Origin: Candidatus Omnitrophota bacterium
Lineage (GTDB): Bacteria; Omnitrophota; Gorgyraeia; Zapsychrales; Zapsychraceae
DNA: 43,458 nt
Direction: 5' to 3'
Assembly: GCA_015233495.1 (NCBI GenBank)
Contig: JADFXQ010000011.1
Coordinates: 1-43,458 of the forward strand
The translations under genes and the position numbers were made by a program. The number at the start of each line of letters is the position of its first letter. Within the stretch, counting starts at the first letter, position 1. Of this stretch, positions 16,845 through 27,822 are shown one piece after another. The notes beneath the pieces were generated by a model. The model searched no databases, was not told where the DNA came from, and saw only the letters and a list, made by a program, of their open reading frames with translations.

Positions 16845-17991
16845 CAAAAATTGTTTTTATTCCGCCGGTTATTTGTTCAAACGGCACGACGGCAATCTTC
16901 TTATGCAGCTCATATCGTCGGTCTCCGGGATAAACGACCGCGATGCGTTCGAGTTTCAAATCCTCTAACGCGACGCGCATAGACGGCGTCATGGTTGGCG
17001 CATCGTTACGCTTGACCTCAAAGCCATACATCCGTCCATCCTTGAAAAGCACAAGATCGATCTCTGCGCCATTGTGCGTCGCCCAATAATAAATATCATC
17101 CGGCTCAACCGAGTGAATGATCTCTTCGATCACATATCCTTCCCATGACGCGCCGCAACTGGGATGGCGTAAAATATCCGCTTCCGCCTTAATTCCTAAT
17201 AATGAGTTCAGCAGACCGGTGTCGCGTATATAAATTTTCGGCGCCTTCACCTGACGTTTCTTAATGTTCACATGCCACGGCTGAATCTGGCGAATCATAA
17301 ACAATCCGGTCAAAATATCCAGATATCGCCGGACCGTCGGCTCGGAAATTCCCAGTGAAGTCGCAAAAGGCGCTGCATTCCATATTTGGCCATGGCTGTG
17401 GGCCAGCATATACCAAAATCGGTACATCGCCACCGACGGAATATCGATCCCCTGCTGACGCAAATCTCGTTCAAGGAGCGCCTGGATAAAACTTTTTCTC
17501 CAGGCAAAACTGTCTGCGTCATTATTGGCGAGAAACGACAAAGGGAAGCCTCCCCGCAGCCAAAGACGTGCGGCTTGCTTTTGTCCGACTTCGGATAAAC
17601 CAAAGCCACCCAACTCGATCGTCTCCAAACGTCCGGCAAGAGATTCGGATGATTGCCGTAACAGATCAGGCGAAGCGCTTCCCAGAATTAAAAATTTGGC
17701 AGGCAAAGGCTTGCGATCCAAAAGAACGCGCAGGATCGGAAAAAGATCCGGTCTCCGCTGGACTTCATCAATAACGACAATATCTTTCAAAGAAGAAAGC
17801 GCGGATTTCGGGTCAGTCAACCCCATAAGACTACTTGGGTCTTCAAGGTCAAAATAATTGGGGGCATGAATATCAACAATCTCGCGCGCCAAGGTAGTCT
17901 TACCGCATTGGCGCGGGCCCAATAAGGCCACGGCGCGGCTGCGACCCAGCGCGGCTTCGATATGTTTTTTACAAGATGCTCGTTTAATCAT
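16837..17991 (-). CDS. AAA_14 + DUF4143 ATP-binding protein
   Basis: GPRQCGKT, IDEVQ, LGSAS, ESLAGR, KIYIRDTG and EIDL..FEVK. Confidence 0.92.
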   Translation of the reverse strand: MIKRASCKKHIEAALGRSRAVALLGPRQCGKTTLAREIVDIHAPNYFDLEDPSSLMGLTDPKSALSSLKDIVVIDEVQRRPDLFPILRVLLDRKPLPAKFLILGSASPDLLRQSSESLAGRLETIELGGFGLSEVGQKQAARLWLRGGFPLSFLANNDADSFAWRKSFIQALLERDLRQQGIDIPSVAMYRFWYMLAHSHGQIWNAAPFATSLGISEPTVRRYLDILTGLFMIRQIQPWHVNIKKRQVKAPKIYIRDTGLLNSLLGIKAEADILRHPSCGASWEGYVIEEIIHSVEPDDIYYWATHNGAEIDLVLFKDGRMYGFEVKRNDAPTMTPSMRVALEDLKLERIAVVYPGDRRYELHKKIAVVPFEQITGGIKTIFEL

Positions 17992-17997
17992 GTTTAA

Positions 17998-18025
17998 AGC
18001 ATACCATGAAAAAGGAATATGTCAA
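17998..18025 (-). promoter_or_regulatory. Promoter of a probably leaderless DUF4143 transcript
   Basis: Minus strand TTGACA-16-TATGCT-6 nt-ATG. Confidence 0.6.
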
Positions 18026-18300
18026 TTTCTAATTTCATCCATGTAAAAATCATAAAGAATTCCGCTCTTGCGTCATGTTTTCGATAAAAAAATATTTTTT
18101 TGAAGCAAAGTGTCATTTCGCAGTAGGAAAACGTTGTCTCGATCAGAATTTAAATTCATATAAATTAGATCTATTTTACGGTATACTTGTCGCAGAAAGG
18201 TTGAGTAAATGGGTAAAATAATCTGGGCTTGGATAGCCGGGGTGGTTCATGGCGCGAAAAATTGGCATCCATAATAGCGGCAGATTTTTTTTAAAAAAAC

Positions 18301-18347
18301 TTGACAAATATTTTTTATCAGTTAAACTCTACTTTGTTGATAGAGTT
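18301..18347 (+). promoter_or_regulatory. Promoter with Rrf2/CymR-type operator
   Basis: TTGACA-16-TAAACT; dyad AACTCTA-N9-TAGAGTT at 18325-18347. Confidence 0.7.
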
Positions 18348-18370
18348 AATAAAATTTGAGGGAGGCAAAG

Positions 18371-18811
18371 ATGAAATTGACGTTTAAAGGGGATTATGCT
18401 TTGAAAGCGGTTTTGGATTTGGCGACGCGATATGGACAGGGCGTGGTGACGATCCATGAGATGGCAGAGCGGATTGACGCGCCGGTGAAATTTTTGGAGC
18501 AAATTTTGTTTGATTTGAAACGCGGCGGATTTATTGAGAGCCGGCGCGGCAACGCGGGCGGGTATTTATTAGGGAAACCGCCGCGGGATATTACGGTCGG
18601 CGACATTGTGCGGTTTGTGGACGGACCGATCGAGCCGATCGCTTGTGTGAACTGTACATACACGGAATGCCGCGACTTGGCGAATTGTGTTTTTAAAAAT
18701 CTTTGGCAAAGAGTTTTTCAAGCAACTTCAGAGATTGTGGATACGGTGAATTTTGAAGATCTGGCAAGCCAAGCGAGTCTGGCTCAAAATACATTTTCAT
18801 ACGCGATATAA
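18371..18811 (+). CDS. Rrf2-family regulator (CymR-like)
   Basis: KGDYALKA, FLEQI, SRRGNAGGY and GPIEPIACV; heads a cysteine-synthesis operon. Confidence 0.9.
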   Translation: MKLTFKGDYALKAVLDLATRYGQGVVTIHEMAERIDAPVKFLEQILFDLKRGGFIESRRGNAGGYLLGKPPRDITVGDIVRFVDGPIEPIACVNCTYTECRDLANCVFKNLWQRVFQATSEIVDTVNFEDLASQASLAQNTFSYAI

Positions 18812-18825
18812 AAAGGATGATTATT

Positions 18826-19020
18826 ATGGGTCCCAAGGAACCATTGGCAAAAAATATCGTCAACGACGCGATTCTCAAAGATATCCGCGAAGCCGTGGAA
18901 TCCATTGACTATGGCAGTGTCGAAATTAAAATTCATAATTCTAAAATTATCCAGATTGATGTCGTAGAACGCAAACGGTTCGATGATGTCTGGCGTTTGG
19001 AAGGAGGTGGGGGAATATAG
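18826..19020 (+). CDS. DUF2292 (YezD/OscA-like) small protein
   Basis: IDYGSVEIKIHNSKIIQIDVVERKRF. Confidence 0.85.
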   Translation: MGPKEPLAKNIVNDAILKDIREAVESIDYGSVEIKIHNSKIIQIDVVERKRFDDVWRLEGGGGI

Positions 19021-19059
19021 ATATATAGGGAAGAGTGTTCTCGTTCATTGAAAAATATC

Positions 19060-19134
19060 GGCTCACCGGTTTGCCGGAAGCCCTTCAAACATATCAACAT
19101 TGGCTTTTGATTTGACCAGACAACTGGAAGGTCA
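19060..19134 (+). promoter_or_regulatory. Twin candidate RNA hairpin motif downstream of DUF2292
   Basis: ACCGG-TTTG-CCGGAAG and ACCAG-ACAA-CTGGAAG, with a compensatory base change. Confidence 0.55.
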
Positions 19135-19157
19135 GGGCGCATTGGGAGAACTTTCAC

Positions 19158-19994
19158 ATGAAAAGGATTATTTTGTCGACGTTGTTTCTGGGGATTACAT
19201 TATTTTTTTCAATCAAAAACGTATTGGCTGGCCCGCCGTTGAATAATTTGGAGGGGGCGGGAGGGATCGCGTTCAACCCCTTGGCGTATCTCGCGGATTC
19301 TGACGGCGAGGATAGTCACGCGAAGATCGGCAACACTGATATAATAGGGAAGCCGCGGTTTGGGGTTTGGTATGTGAATTTGGATCATGCCAATGTGGAT
19401 TGGACTGCGGTCGGGGTGGCGGACACGTTGTTCAAACGGTTGGAAGTTTCGTATGGTTATGAGACGGTCAATCAAGACGGTCAGCTCGCGAAACACAAGA
19501 ACAATGTGGGCGGGAAATTGCTGATCCTGCCGGAAAATTCGTTTGATACGAAATTTCTGCCGGCATTATCCGTCGGTACGATTTATAAAACAACTTCGCG
19601 GGTCGGCGCGGGAGTCCACGATGACGGGGAAGATTATTATGTTGTTGCCACAAAATTGCTGACCTTTTTGCCGCGGCCGGTGTTGATTTCCGGCGGGGCT
19701 TTGTCGTCGCAGGGCAAGGTGACCGGGGTATTTGGGTTTGATCATCAGCGGAAAACCACCGGGTTTGGAAATATTGATGTTATTCTTCCCTGGAATTTGA
19801 TCGCGGGGTTCGAATATAAACAGGGACCGCGGTACAATGATTGGAAAGACGCGAATTATTGGGATGCTCATGTGGCTTGGACCGCGACGAAAAATTTGAC
19901 CTTGGTCGCGGCCTACGTCAACGCGGGTGATCCCAAAGGCGCCCGGGTTGGCCTGGGAGACGGGTTGGTGCTAAGCGCGCAATATGCGTTTTAG
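19158..19994 (+). CDS. Outer-membrane beta-barrel, DUF3034-like
   Basis: Signal peptide; NLEGAGGIAFNPLAY; amphipathic strands; C-terminal QYAF. Confidence 0.75.
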   Translation: MKRIILSTLFLGITLFFSIKNVLAGPPLNNLEGAGGIAFNPLAYLADSDGEDSHAKIGNTDIIGKPRFGVWYVNLDHANVDWTAVGVADTLFKRLEVSYGYETVNQDGQLAKHKNNVGGKLLILPENSFDTKFLPALSVGTIYKTTSRVGAGVHDDGEDYYVVATKLLTFLPRPVLISGGALSSQGKVTGVFGFDHQRKTTGFGNIDVILPWNLIAGFEYKQGPRYNDWKDANYWDAHVAWTATKNLTLVAAYVNAGDPKGARVGLGDGLVLSAQYAF

Positions 19995-20038
19995 TAGAAT
20001 TTTGTGAACAAAGCATGATGAAACAGCATTATCAATAA

Positions 20039-21337
<1,299 letters not shown>

Positions 21338-21382
21338 CATTCTACGATTGGCCTTCGAAGTGGTAATCGCGATAGAATAAAG

Positions 21383-21500
21383 GCGCGCGGGCTGGTGAGT
21401 AATATATTTCGGGCTCTGCCTTCGGCCTATTTCTGGAAAAAGAAGTAAGAACGGCCTCAGAACGAGCCCGAAATATATTCCTCACCAGCTTTGGGCGCGC
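21383..21500. repeat. Long intergenic inverted repeat
   Basis: Arms 21391-21416 and 21464-21489 pair at 25 of 26 positions; outer GCGCGC pair. Confidence 0.8.
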
Positions 21501-21562
21501 GGATTTGCTGGCGATAGGCCGTGTGGAATGAGCAGAGAAATTGTTTTGAGAAAGGAGACTAT

Positions 21563-22489
21563 ATGGGCAAGATATATTCTGACATTACGAAAACGATCGG
21601 CAACACGCCTTTGGTGAAGCTGAATCGCATCACTGCCGGATTGGCTGCGGATGTTGTGGTGAAAGTGGAATCGTTTAATCCGTTATCCAGCGTCAAAGAC
21701 CGGCTCGGCGCTGCCTTGATCGAGGATGGAGAACGCCGGGGTTTGATTAAAAAGGACACGGTGATTATTGAGCCGACCAGCGGAAACACGGGCGTGGCTT
21801 TGGCGTTTGTGGCTGCGGCTAAAGGGTATCGGTTGATTTTGACCATGCCGGACACCATGAGTATGGAGCGCCGGCAATTGTTGAAAATATTCGGAGCGGA
21901 AGTGGTGTTGACCGAAGGGGCGAAGGGGATGAAGGGCGCGGTGGAAAAGGCGGAGGAATTGGCCAATGCCACGCCGAACAGTTTTGTGCCCCAACAGTTT
22001 AATAATCCGGCGAATCCGGCAATTCACCGCAAGACCACGGCCGAGGAAATCTGGAATGATACTGACGGGAAAGTGGATATTTTAGTTGCCGGCGTGGGCA
22101 CGGGCGGGACGATCACGGGCGTCGCGGAAGTGATTAAAAAACGGAAAAAAAGTTTTCAGGCCATCGCGGTTGAACCGGACGCTTCGCCGGTATTGTCCGG
22201 CGGCAAGCCGGGAACACATAAAATTCAAGGGATTGGCGCGGGATTTATTCCGCAGGTGTTGAACCGCGGGATTATCGACGAAGTGATCCGGGTCACGAAT
22301 GACGCGGCCGGCGAGACTGCCCGTCAATTGGCGAAGCAGGAAGGGATTCTGGTCGGTATATCGAGCGGCGCGGCAGTCTGGGCGGCCGTGGAAGTTGCCA
22401 AGCGGCCGGAAAACAAAGGAAAGCTGATCGTCGTTATTTTGCCGGATACTGGCGAGCGGTATTTGACAACGTGGCTGTTTCAACAATAA
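21563..22489 (+). CDS. cysK: Cysteine synthase A
   Basis: [31 protein letters not shown] and PDTGERYL. Confidence 0.96.
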   Translation: MGKIYSDITKTIGNTPLVKLNRITAGLAADVVVKVESFNPLSSVKDRLGAALIEDGERRGLIKKDTVIIEPTSGNTGVALAFVAAAKGYRLILTMPDTMSMERRQLLKIFGAEVVLTEGAKGMKGAVEKAEELANATPNSFVPQQFNNPANPAIHRKTTAEEIWNDTDGKVDILVAGVGTGGTITGVAEVIKKRKKSFQAIAVEPDASPVLSGGKPGTHKIQGIGAGFIPQVLNRGIIDEVIRVTNDAAGETARQLAKQEGILVGISSGAAVWAAVEVAKRPENKGKLIVVILPDTGERYLTTWLFQQ

Positions 22490-22542
22490 AGGTGCGCGCC
22501 CGGCATACGGCCGCGCAAGAACGACGAATGTCTACAAGTGAA

Positions 22543-22623
22543 GCCCCAACATATTTATTGTCGGGGCGCCCCTTGTGGGCGCCCGTTGCTCGATCGCGCC
22601 AGAACAATGGACGCCCATACAGG
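22543..22623. repeat. GTAG-type REP with degenerate partners
   Basis: GTCGGGGCGCCCCTTGTGGGCGCCCG at 22560-22585; partial inverted copies on both sides. Confidence 0.7.
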
Positions 22624-22638
22624 ATGGGAAATTAAAAT

Positions 22639-23697
22639 ATGAAGAAGCGTGTTCTTGTCGCCATGAGCGGCGGGGTGGACTCGTCGGTTAGCGCTTTATT
22701 ATTGAAGAACCAAGGTTATGACGTGGTCGGCGTGACCATGTGTCTCGGCGTGAAAGACGCTTGTGACAGCATTGCCCGTTGTTGCGGCCCTGACGCAATC
22801 GAAGATGCGCGCCAGGTCTGTTACAAGCTTAACATGGACCATTATGTCCTCAATTACGCCCGGGAACTGGAATCCCGGGTGATCAGTAATTTCGTCGATG
22901 AATACCGCCGCGGCCGCACGCCCAATCCCTGCGTGGTGTGCAATCAATTTTTGAAATTCGATCTGCTGATGAAACAAGCGCGGGCCTTGCATTTCGATTA
23001 TCTCGCTACCGGACATTACGCGGCCATCAGCCAGTCGGCTGGACGATATTTTCTTATAAAAGCGAAAGATCATATCAAAGACCAAACCTATTTTTTATAT
23101 TCCATTCCATACCGGGTGTTGTCCCGCGTGTTGTTTCCGTTAAGTCATTTGACAAAACCGGAAGTCCGCGACATTGCGCGCAAGGCAAAACTGCCGGTCA
23201 GCGGCAAACCGGAAAGCCAGGATATCTGTTTTATCCCCGGCAAAAATTATCACGCGTTTTTGGAAAAACGTCTCGGCACTGTCGAGCCCGGAGAAATCGT
23301 CAACGTGCAAGGCCGGGTGTTGGGCAAACATCGTGGTATTTGCTTTTACACCATCGGCCAGCGTCAGGGATTGGGCCTCACGCATCCTAAACCTTTATAT
23401 GTGATTGCTTTAGACGCCAAGCAAAATCAAGTGATCGTCGGCGAAAAAGCCGATTTAAAATCCCGCGGGCTCTATGCCAGCCATCTCAACCTTTTAACGG
23501 ACAGCTTACCAGCCCGCGGCCGGGTCAAAATCCGTTATGGCTCTACGTCCTCATTAGCCAGTTTATTTCCCGAAAAAAACAAACTCAAAATCCTCTTCGA
23601 CACCAAACAAGAAGCCGTGACTCCCGGCCAATCGGCAGTAATTTACAACCGCGACACAGTCTTGGGCGGCGGGATCATTGACGCCGTCATTCATTGA
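22639..23697 (+). CDS. mnmA: tRNA 2-thiouridylase MnmA
   Basis: AMSGGVDSS, TPNPCVVCN, ATGHYA, KDQTYFL, ESQDICF and TPGQ. Confidence 0.96.
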   Translation: MKKRVLVAMSGGVDSSVSALLLKNQGYDVVGVTMCLGVKDACDSIARCCGPDAIEDARQVCYKLNMDHYVLNYARELESRVISNFVDEYRRGRTPNPCVVCNQFLKFDLLMKQARALHFDYLATGHYAAISQSAGRYFLIKAKDHIKDQTYFLYSIPYRVLSRVLFPLSHLTKPEVRDIARKAKLPVSGKPESQDICFIPGKNYHAFLEKRLGTVEPGEIVNVQGRVLGKHRGICFYTIGQRQGLGLTHPKPLYVIALDAKQNQVIVGEKADLKSRGLYASHLNLLTDSLPARGRVKIRYGSTSSLASLFPEKNKLKILFDTKQEAVTPGQSAVIYNRDTVLGGGIIDAVIH

Positions 23698-23767
23698 AAC
23701 TTATTCGGAATTATTTGATTGTTGATCACCGGTATGCTATCCTTGTTATATAAACAAGGAGGATCGC

Positions 23768-24028
23768 ATGGTCATTTCCATATCGAAAATAACATCCAAA
23801 CGACAAATCACGCTTCCCGTGAAAGTGATGAGTCGTTTGAAACTGCACCCCGGCGGCCGGCTCGTGTTTGAAGAAACGGACGGCCGCGTCGAAATCAAAA
23901 GCGTTGCCGCGACATTTACGATCGCCGATTTCGTGAAAAAATACCGCGGGATGGTTTCCAAAAAACTTTCGGATCAACAGATCCGGGATGCCCGGGAAGA
24001 GGCTTGGGTCGCGAGGGCCGGCCGATGA
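23768..24028 (+). CDS. AbrB/MazE-type antitoxin (VapB)
   Basis: SKITSKRQITLPVKVMSRLKL; ATGA overlap with the PIN gene. Confidence 0.88.
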   Translation: MVISISKITSKRQITLPVKVMSRLKLHPGGRLVFEETDGRVEIKSVAATFTIADFVKKYRGMVSKKLSDQQIRDAREEAWVARAGR

Positions 24029-24414
24029 AAATCGCGTTTGACACGAATGTCATTGTTCGGATGATCGCGCTGGATGATGAAGTTCGTCTTAAAAAAGCGA
24101 TCGGACTGATTCAGAAACATCAGCCCAAAGATATTTTTATATGTTACGGCGTATTTATCGAGGCCTATTATGTTTTAACCAAGCAGTATGATATGCCGAA
24201 AGACAAGGTGTTGGACGCGTTTGAAGATTTACTGCGGGTGGAACAATTTTCGGTTGATCAGGAAACCGCCCTGCGCCTGGCGATCAGCAAAGCTAAGAAA
24301 GGCGGCGCTTTCAACGATGCTTTGATCGGCGAGGTCGGAGCGGTCAAAAACGTTAGAACTGATACATTCGACAAGGCGTTGAAAAACAACAATAGTTTCG
24401 AAGTCTTATCCTAG
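24025..24414 (+). CDS. PIN-domain toxin (VapC-like)
   Basis: FDTNVIVR, E.YYVL, FNDALI and TFDK. Confidence 0.88.
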   Translation: MKIAFDTNVIVRMIALDDEVRLKKAIGLIQKHQPKDIFICYGVFIEAYYVLTKQYDMPKDKVLDAFEDLLRVEQFSVDQETALRLAISKAKKGGAFNDALIGEVGAVKNVRTDTFDKALKNNNSFEVLS

Positions 24415-24464
24415 TTTCCCGTCCGAATCCATCAGCCTTTTTCTCCCCAATTGTTTTTAAATAA

Positions 24465-24496
24465 ATGGTTGACAATGTATTATTTTTGTATACCAT
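24465..24496 (+). promoter_or_regulatory. Promoter with overlapping dyad; leaderless lexA-like gene
   Basis: TTGACA-16-TACCAT-7 nt-ATG; dyad ATGGTTGACAA / TTGTATACCAT (9 of 11 positions). Confidence 0.6.
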
Positions 24497-24503
24497 CGTA
24501 TGT

Positions 24504-25130
24504 ATGGCTGAGTTTTTGACAAAGATCCAAATACAAGCTATTCGAGAAATACGTTCTTTTATGGCGTGCAAAGGTAGAAGTCCGTCTGTAAGGGAATTGA
24601 TGATTTCTCTCGGATATAAATCTCCGCGTTCGGCGGCTAATATCATTAATGATTTAATTCATCAAAAAATTCTGTTGAGAAAAGACCATCGGCAGTTTGT
24701 ATTTTTGAAAAATATTTCATGGGGCGATAGCGGAGCTATGACTGTTGATGTTCCGTTGGTCGGTATTGCGCCTTGTGGTTCGCCGGTTTTTGCGGAGGAG
24801 AATATTCAAACAACAATACCGGTTTCCATTTCTATAGCCAAGCCGCCATATAAATATTTTTTAGTCAAGGCCAAAGGCGATTCAATGGATCTTTCTGGAA
24901 TATCAGACGGAGATTTAGTTCTATCGCGGCAACAGTCTGTGGCAGAGAGCGGGGATCGGGTGATTGCTTTAATTAATAATGAAGTAACGATCAAATTAAT
25001 AAAATTCACGGAAGGCGCGGTTATTTTATTGCCGAATTCTTCGAACGCGGCACATAAACCGATTATTTTAGGTAATGATTTTGAAATCCAAGGCGTTATC
25101 ACGTGTGTGATACCTTTAGATGGCGTATAA
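24504..25130 (+). CDS. lexA: LexA-family repressor
   Basis: SPSVRELM..LGYKSPRS HTH; VGIAPCG cleavage site; GDSM serine; TIK lysine. Confidence 0.85.
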   Translation: MAEFLTKIQIQAIREIRSFMACKGRSPSVRELMISLGYKSPRSAANIINDLIHQKILLRKDHRQFVFLKNISWGDSGAMTVDVPLVGIAPCGSPVFAEENIQTTIPVSISIAKPPYKYFLVKAKGDSMDLSGISDGDLVLSRQQSVAESGDRVIALINNEVTIKLIKFTEGAVILLPNSSNAAHKPIILGNDFEIQGVITCVIPLDGV

Positions 25131-25197
25131 AAAAGTCCTGACGGTCGAAAGCTTTATTGACGGAAAAATTATAAAATTAGAGGAAGGAGATGCTTAA

Positions 25198-26331
25198 ATG
25201 TTAGAAACAATGATTGCTCCCCAAAAAGTAAACGGCGCAAAAGACGCAATTAGTCGATATGTCCGATTAAAACAGGAATTGGATCAGGATATATTCAATA
25301 ACCGATGGTTTGTTGAAGACTCCTTAAATGTATCTTTAGAGGATTTTTGTTATAATTATGTTGATTTGTTTTCTGGGGCAGGAGGTTTGTCCTTGGGTTT
25401 CACTCATGCAAATTTTGAAAAAATTGTCAGTAGTGAGATTGATCCCGACGCGTCCGCGACAAACAAACGTCATTGGCCTAATGCGATTCATTTGGAAGGT
25501 CCGATCGAAAATTTTTCGGATGGGGATATTATTAAGGCGACAAAAGGTCAAACAATTCATGTTGTCTGTGGAGGGCCGCCATGCAATGGATTTTCAGTTG
25601 CAGGTATGCGTAATCCCCAGGATCCGCGTAATTTATTGTTTAAGCAATTTGTCAGAGTTGTCAATTTGATTAAGCCGTGGTTTGTACTTATGGAAAATGT
25701 GCCGGGGATTCTTACTATGTCGGGGGGGCAAGTGAAGGACACTATTCTGCAATCATTTGAGAAAATCGATTATCCGAATATGTCTGTCCGCATCCTTGAA
25801 GCGGCGGATTATGGAGTTCCTCAATTAAGAACAAGAGCAATTTTTGTTGGTAATCGATTTAATTTTTTAAATCCTTATCCTAAAGAAATTTATTCAAGAG
25901 CTAATTATCGACCAATTGAAGGCGCTATTAGAGATTTAATTGATGTTCCCAGGACTTCTTCAATCAATCATGAATGGACGGATCACTCGAAAGAGTTTGA
26001 GAGAAGAATCTCAAAGGTTCTACCTGGAGGGTCGCTGTATCCTTCATTCCGGGATGCTTTTAAGCGGCAGTATTTAGGGGTCCCGTCTATGACGATTAAA
26101 GAAAATCATGGAGGGACGCATATTCACCCTATATTGAATCGGGTTATTTCTGTACGTGAAATGGCTCGATTGCAAACTTTTCCGGATGATTTTTATTTTG
26201 AAGGAGGGATGAAGCGCGGAATGTGGCAAGTCGGTAATGCGGTCCCGGTCTTAATGGCGGAACATATGGCGAGAGCATTAAGGCCTAGTTTGGATAGGAT
26301 CAGAGAGAAAAAGACTCGGAAAGAGAGATAG
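25198..26331 (+). CDS. DNA (cytosine-5) methyltransferase
   Basis: DLFSGAGG, GGPPCNGFS, ENV, PQLRTR, RLQTFPD and QVGNAVP. Confidence 0.95.
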   Translation: MLETMIAPQKVNGAKDAISRYVRLKQELDQDIFNNRWFVEDSLNVSLEDFCYNYVDLFSGAGGLSLGFTHANFEKIVSSEIDPDASATNKRHWPNAIHLEGPIENFSDGDIIKATKGQTIHVVCGGPPCNGFSVAGMRNPQDPRNLLFKQFVRVVNLIKPWFVLMENVPGILTMSGGQVKDTILQSFEKIDYPNMSVRILEAADYGVPQLRTRAIFVGNRFNFLNPYPKEIYSRANYRPIEGAIRDLIDVPRTSSINHEWTDHSKEFERRISKVLPGGSLYPSFRDAFKRQYLGVPSMTIKENHGGTHIHPILNRVISVREMARLQTFPDDFYFEGGMKRGMWQVGNAVPVLMAEHMARALRPSLDRIREKKTRKER

Positions 26332-26339
26332 AAGACAGG

Positions 26340-27257
26340 TTATATTTTTTCGGCAAGACGCTTTCGCCATTCTTGGATATCGTACCAAGGACATCCGAAA
26401 CAACCTTTTTCTGCGGCTTTGCCTAATTTGGGAATGTCGGTTGGCCAGTCTTGATTCCCTGAATAAAAGAATTTTATGCCGAAGATTTCGCCCCGCTTGT
26501 TAGTTTGAAAGCAATTCCTGCAAATTTCGCGTTTTTGTTGGTTTCGTTGGTTGTCGAGGAGCTGAAATTTATTTTTGATTTCGTCATCAGACATCGAATC
26601 CGGATTTTTTTCGCGGGTATTTTTATCCCATCGAATTTCCGGGAATTTGTGGTCGGGAATTAAGGCGTTTATTGATGATGTCTTTTTAAATTCATAAACA
26701 TTGAAATAATTTAATACTTTCATAATGCGTTTGCGTAGTTCCGCGGACCATATTTCATATCCGGAGCTGTTTTTGGGGTCTCGGGGAATAAGTAGTAAAT
26801 AAGTTGACTTTTTGCTTGATCAAGGTTGAGTTGCGAGCAGATATCCCATATCTTTGATATCTTGTATTCTTCGAGCCCAGTTCGGATTACTGGGAAAATC
26901 CTTCTTAACGCAACACCAACGCAGAGAAAGTAGTTTGTCGAAAAACTTTTTTGTAATTTCCTTCCCGACATAATTTTTATTCCAAATATTTTTTTGCCGA
27001 TTAACCCAAAGAAGATCGTTCTTATTAGCATATAGATTATAAATTTCGAGGATCCATGCCGCAAGATCTTCATCGGTTTCTATAAAAAGCCCGCATCTTC
27101 TATATTGATAGGGTATCGATATTTTAAACTGTCTTTGATCTTCAGGAAATAACAATTCGACATCAACATATTTTTCGCTTGCTTTTGAATGTTCTCGAAA
27201 TTTCAGAATAGAAATTTGTTCTTTTGGTAGTTTTGAGCGTAGAGATATGAGTTCCAT
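26340..27257 (-). pseudogene. Putative restriction endonuclease interrupted by one in-frame TGA (26820-26822)
   Basis: The same frame reads RRIQDIKDMGYLLATQP*SSKKSTYLLL..GYEIWSAELRKRIMKVL..PDHKFPEIRWD..NQQKREICRNC..CFGCPWYD; convergent with the MTase. Confidence 0.8.
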
Positions 27258-27360
27258 AATTATTTCGGTAGAATATATGAACAGGAAAAAAATTGCAAAT
27301 GATATTTCATAGGGTTTATTCGTGCATTTTACTAATTCCATCGCTTTAAATCCGGAGCAA

Positions 27361-27822
27361 ATGTTTATGATCAGACCGCGGATTCAGGGTTGTCGCAAAG
27401 AGAGGCGGGAGGTTTTGCCTTTGTTTGTTTCGCCGGTGGCGGCGGGGTTTCCTTCGCCGGCGGATGATTATATTGATAAGTCTTTGGACTTGAATGAGCA
27501 TCTGATCCAGCGGCCGGCGGCTACGTTTTTTGTGCGGGTGGAAGGGGATTCGATGATCAATGCCGGGATCATGCCCGGATCGTTGTTGATCGTCGACCGT
27601 TCGGTCACGCCGGCCAACGGGAGCATCATTGTCGCGATTTTGGACGGCGAATTCACGGTGAAACGGTATAAAAAAACTAAGGATGAAATCATTTTGTCGC
27701 CGGAAAATCCGCGGTATGAACCGGTCGTCATCAAGGAAGGCCGGGATTTTGAAGTGTGGGGGGTGGTCCAGCATGTTATCCAGTCGTTTACCGCGAAATC
27801 CAAACATTTACGCCCTGATTGA
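27361..27822 (+). CDS. umuD: Pol V accessory subunit UmuD
   Basis: [24 protein letters not shown] and VWGVV. Confidence 0.9.
   Translation: MFMIRPRIQGCRKERREVLPLFVSPVAAGFPSPADDYIDKSLDLNEHLIQRPAATFFVRVEGDSMINAGIMPGSLLIVDRSVTPANGSIIVAILDGEFTVKRYKKTKDEIILSPENPRYEPVVIKEGRDFEVWGVVQHVIQSFTAKSKHLRPD

Noticed and set aside
16845..16982. C-terminal tail of the SRAP ORF
   Set aside because: It is the antisense of the DUF4143 gene, not SRAP sequence.
22491..22550. GTGCGCGCCCGGCAT resembling a group IIC intron 5' end
   Set aside because: The match is short, no domain V or RT follows, and the adjacent GCCCCAAC is explained by a REP end.
26820..26822. Selenocysteine or alternative genetic code at the nuclease TGA
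   Set aside because: No SECIS-like stem follows, and TGA terminates many clear genes in the window.
27353..27367. GAGC-AAAT-GTTT as a Gram-positive-type SOS box at umuD
   Set aside because: Two mismatches to GAAC-N4-GTTC, and no similar site at the lexA promoter.
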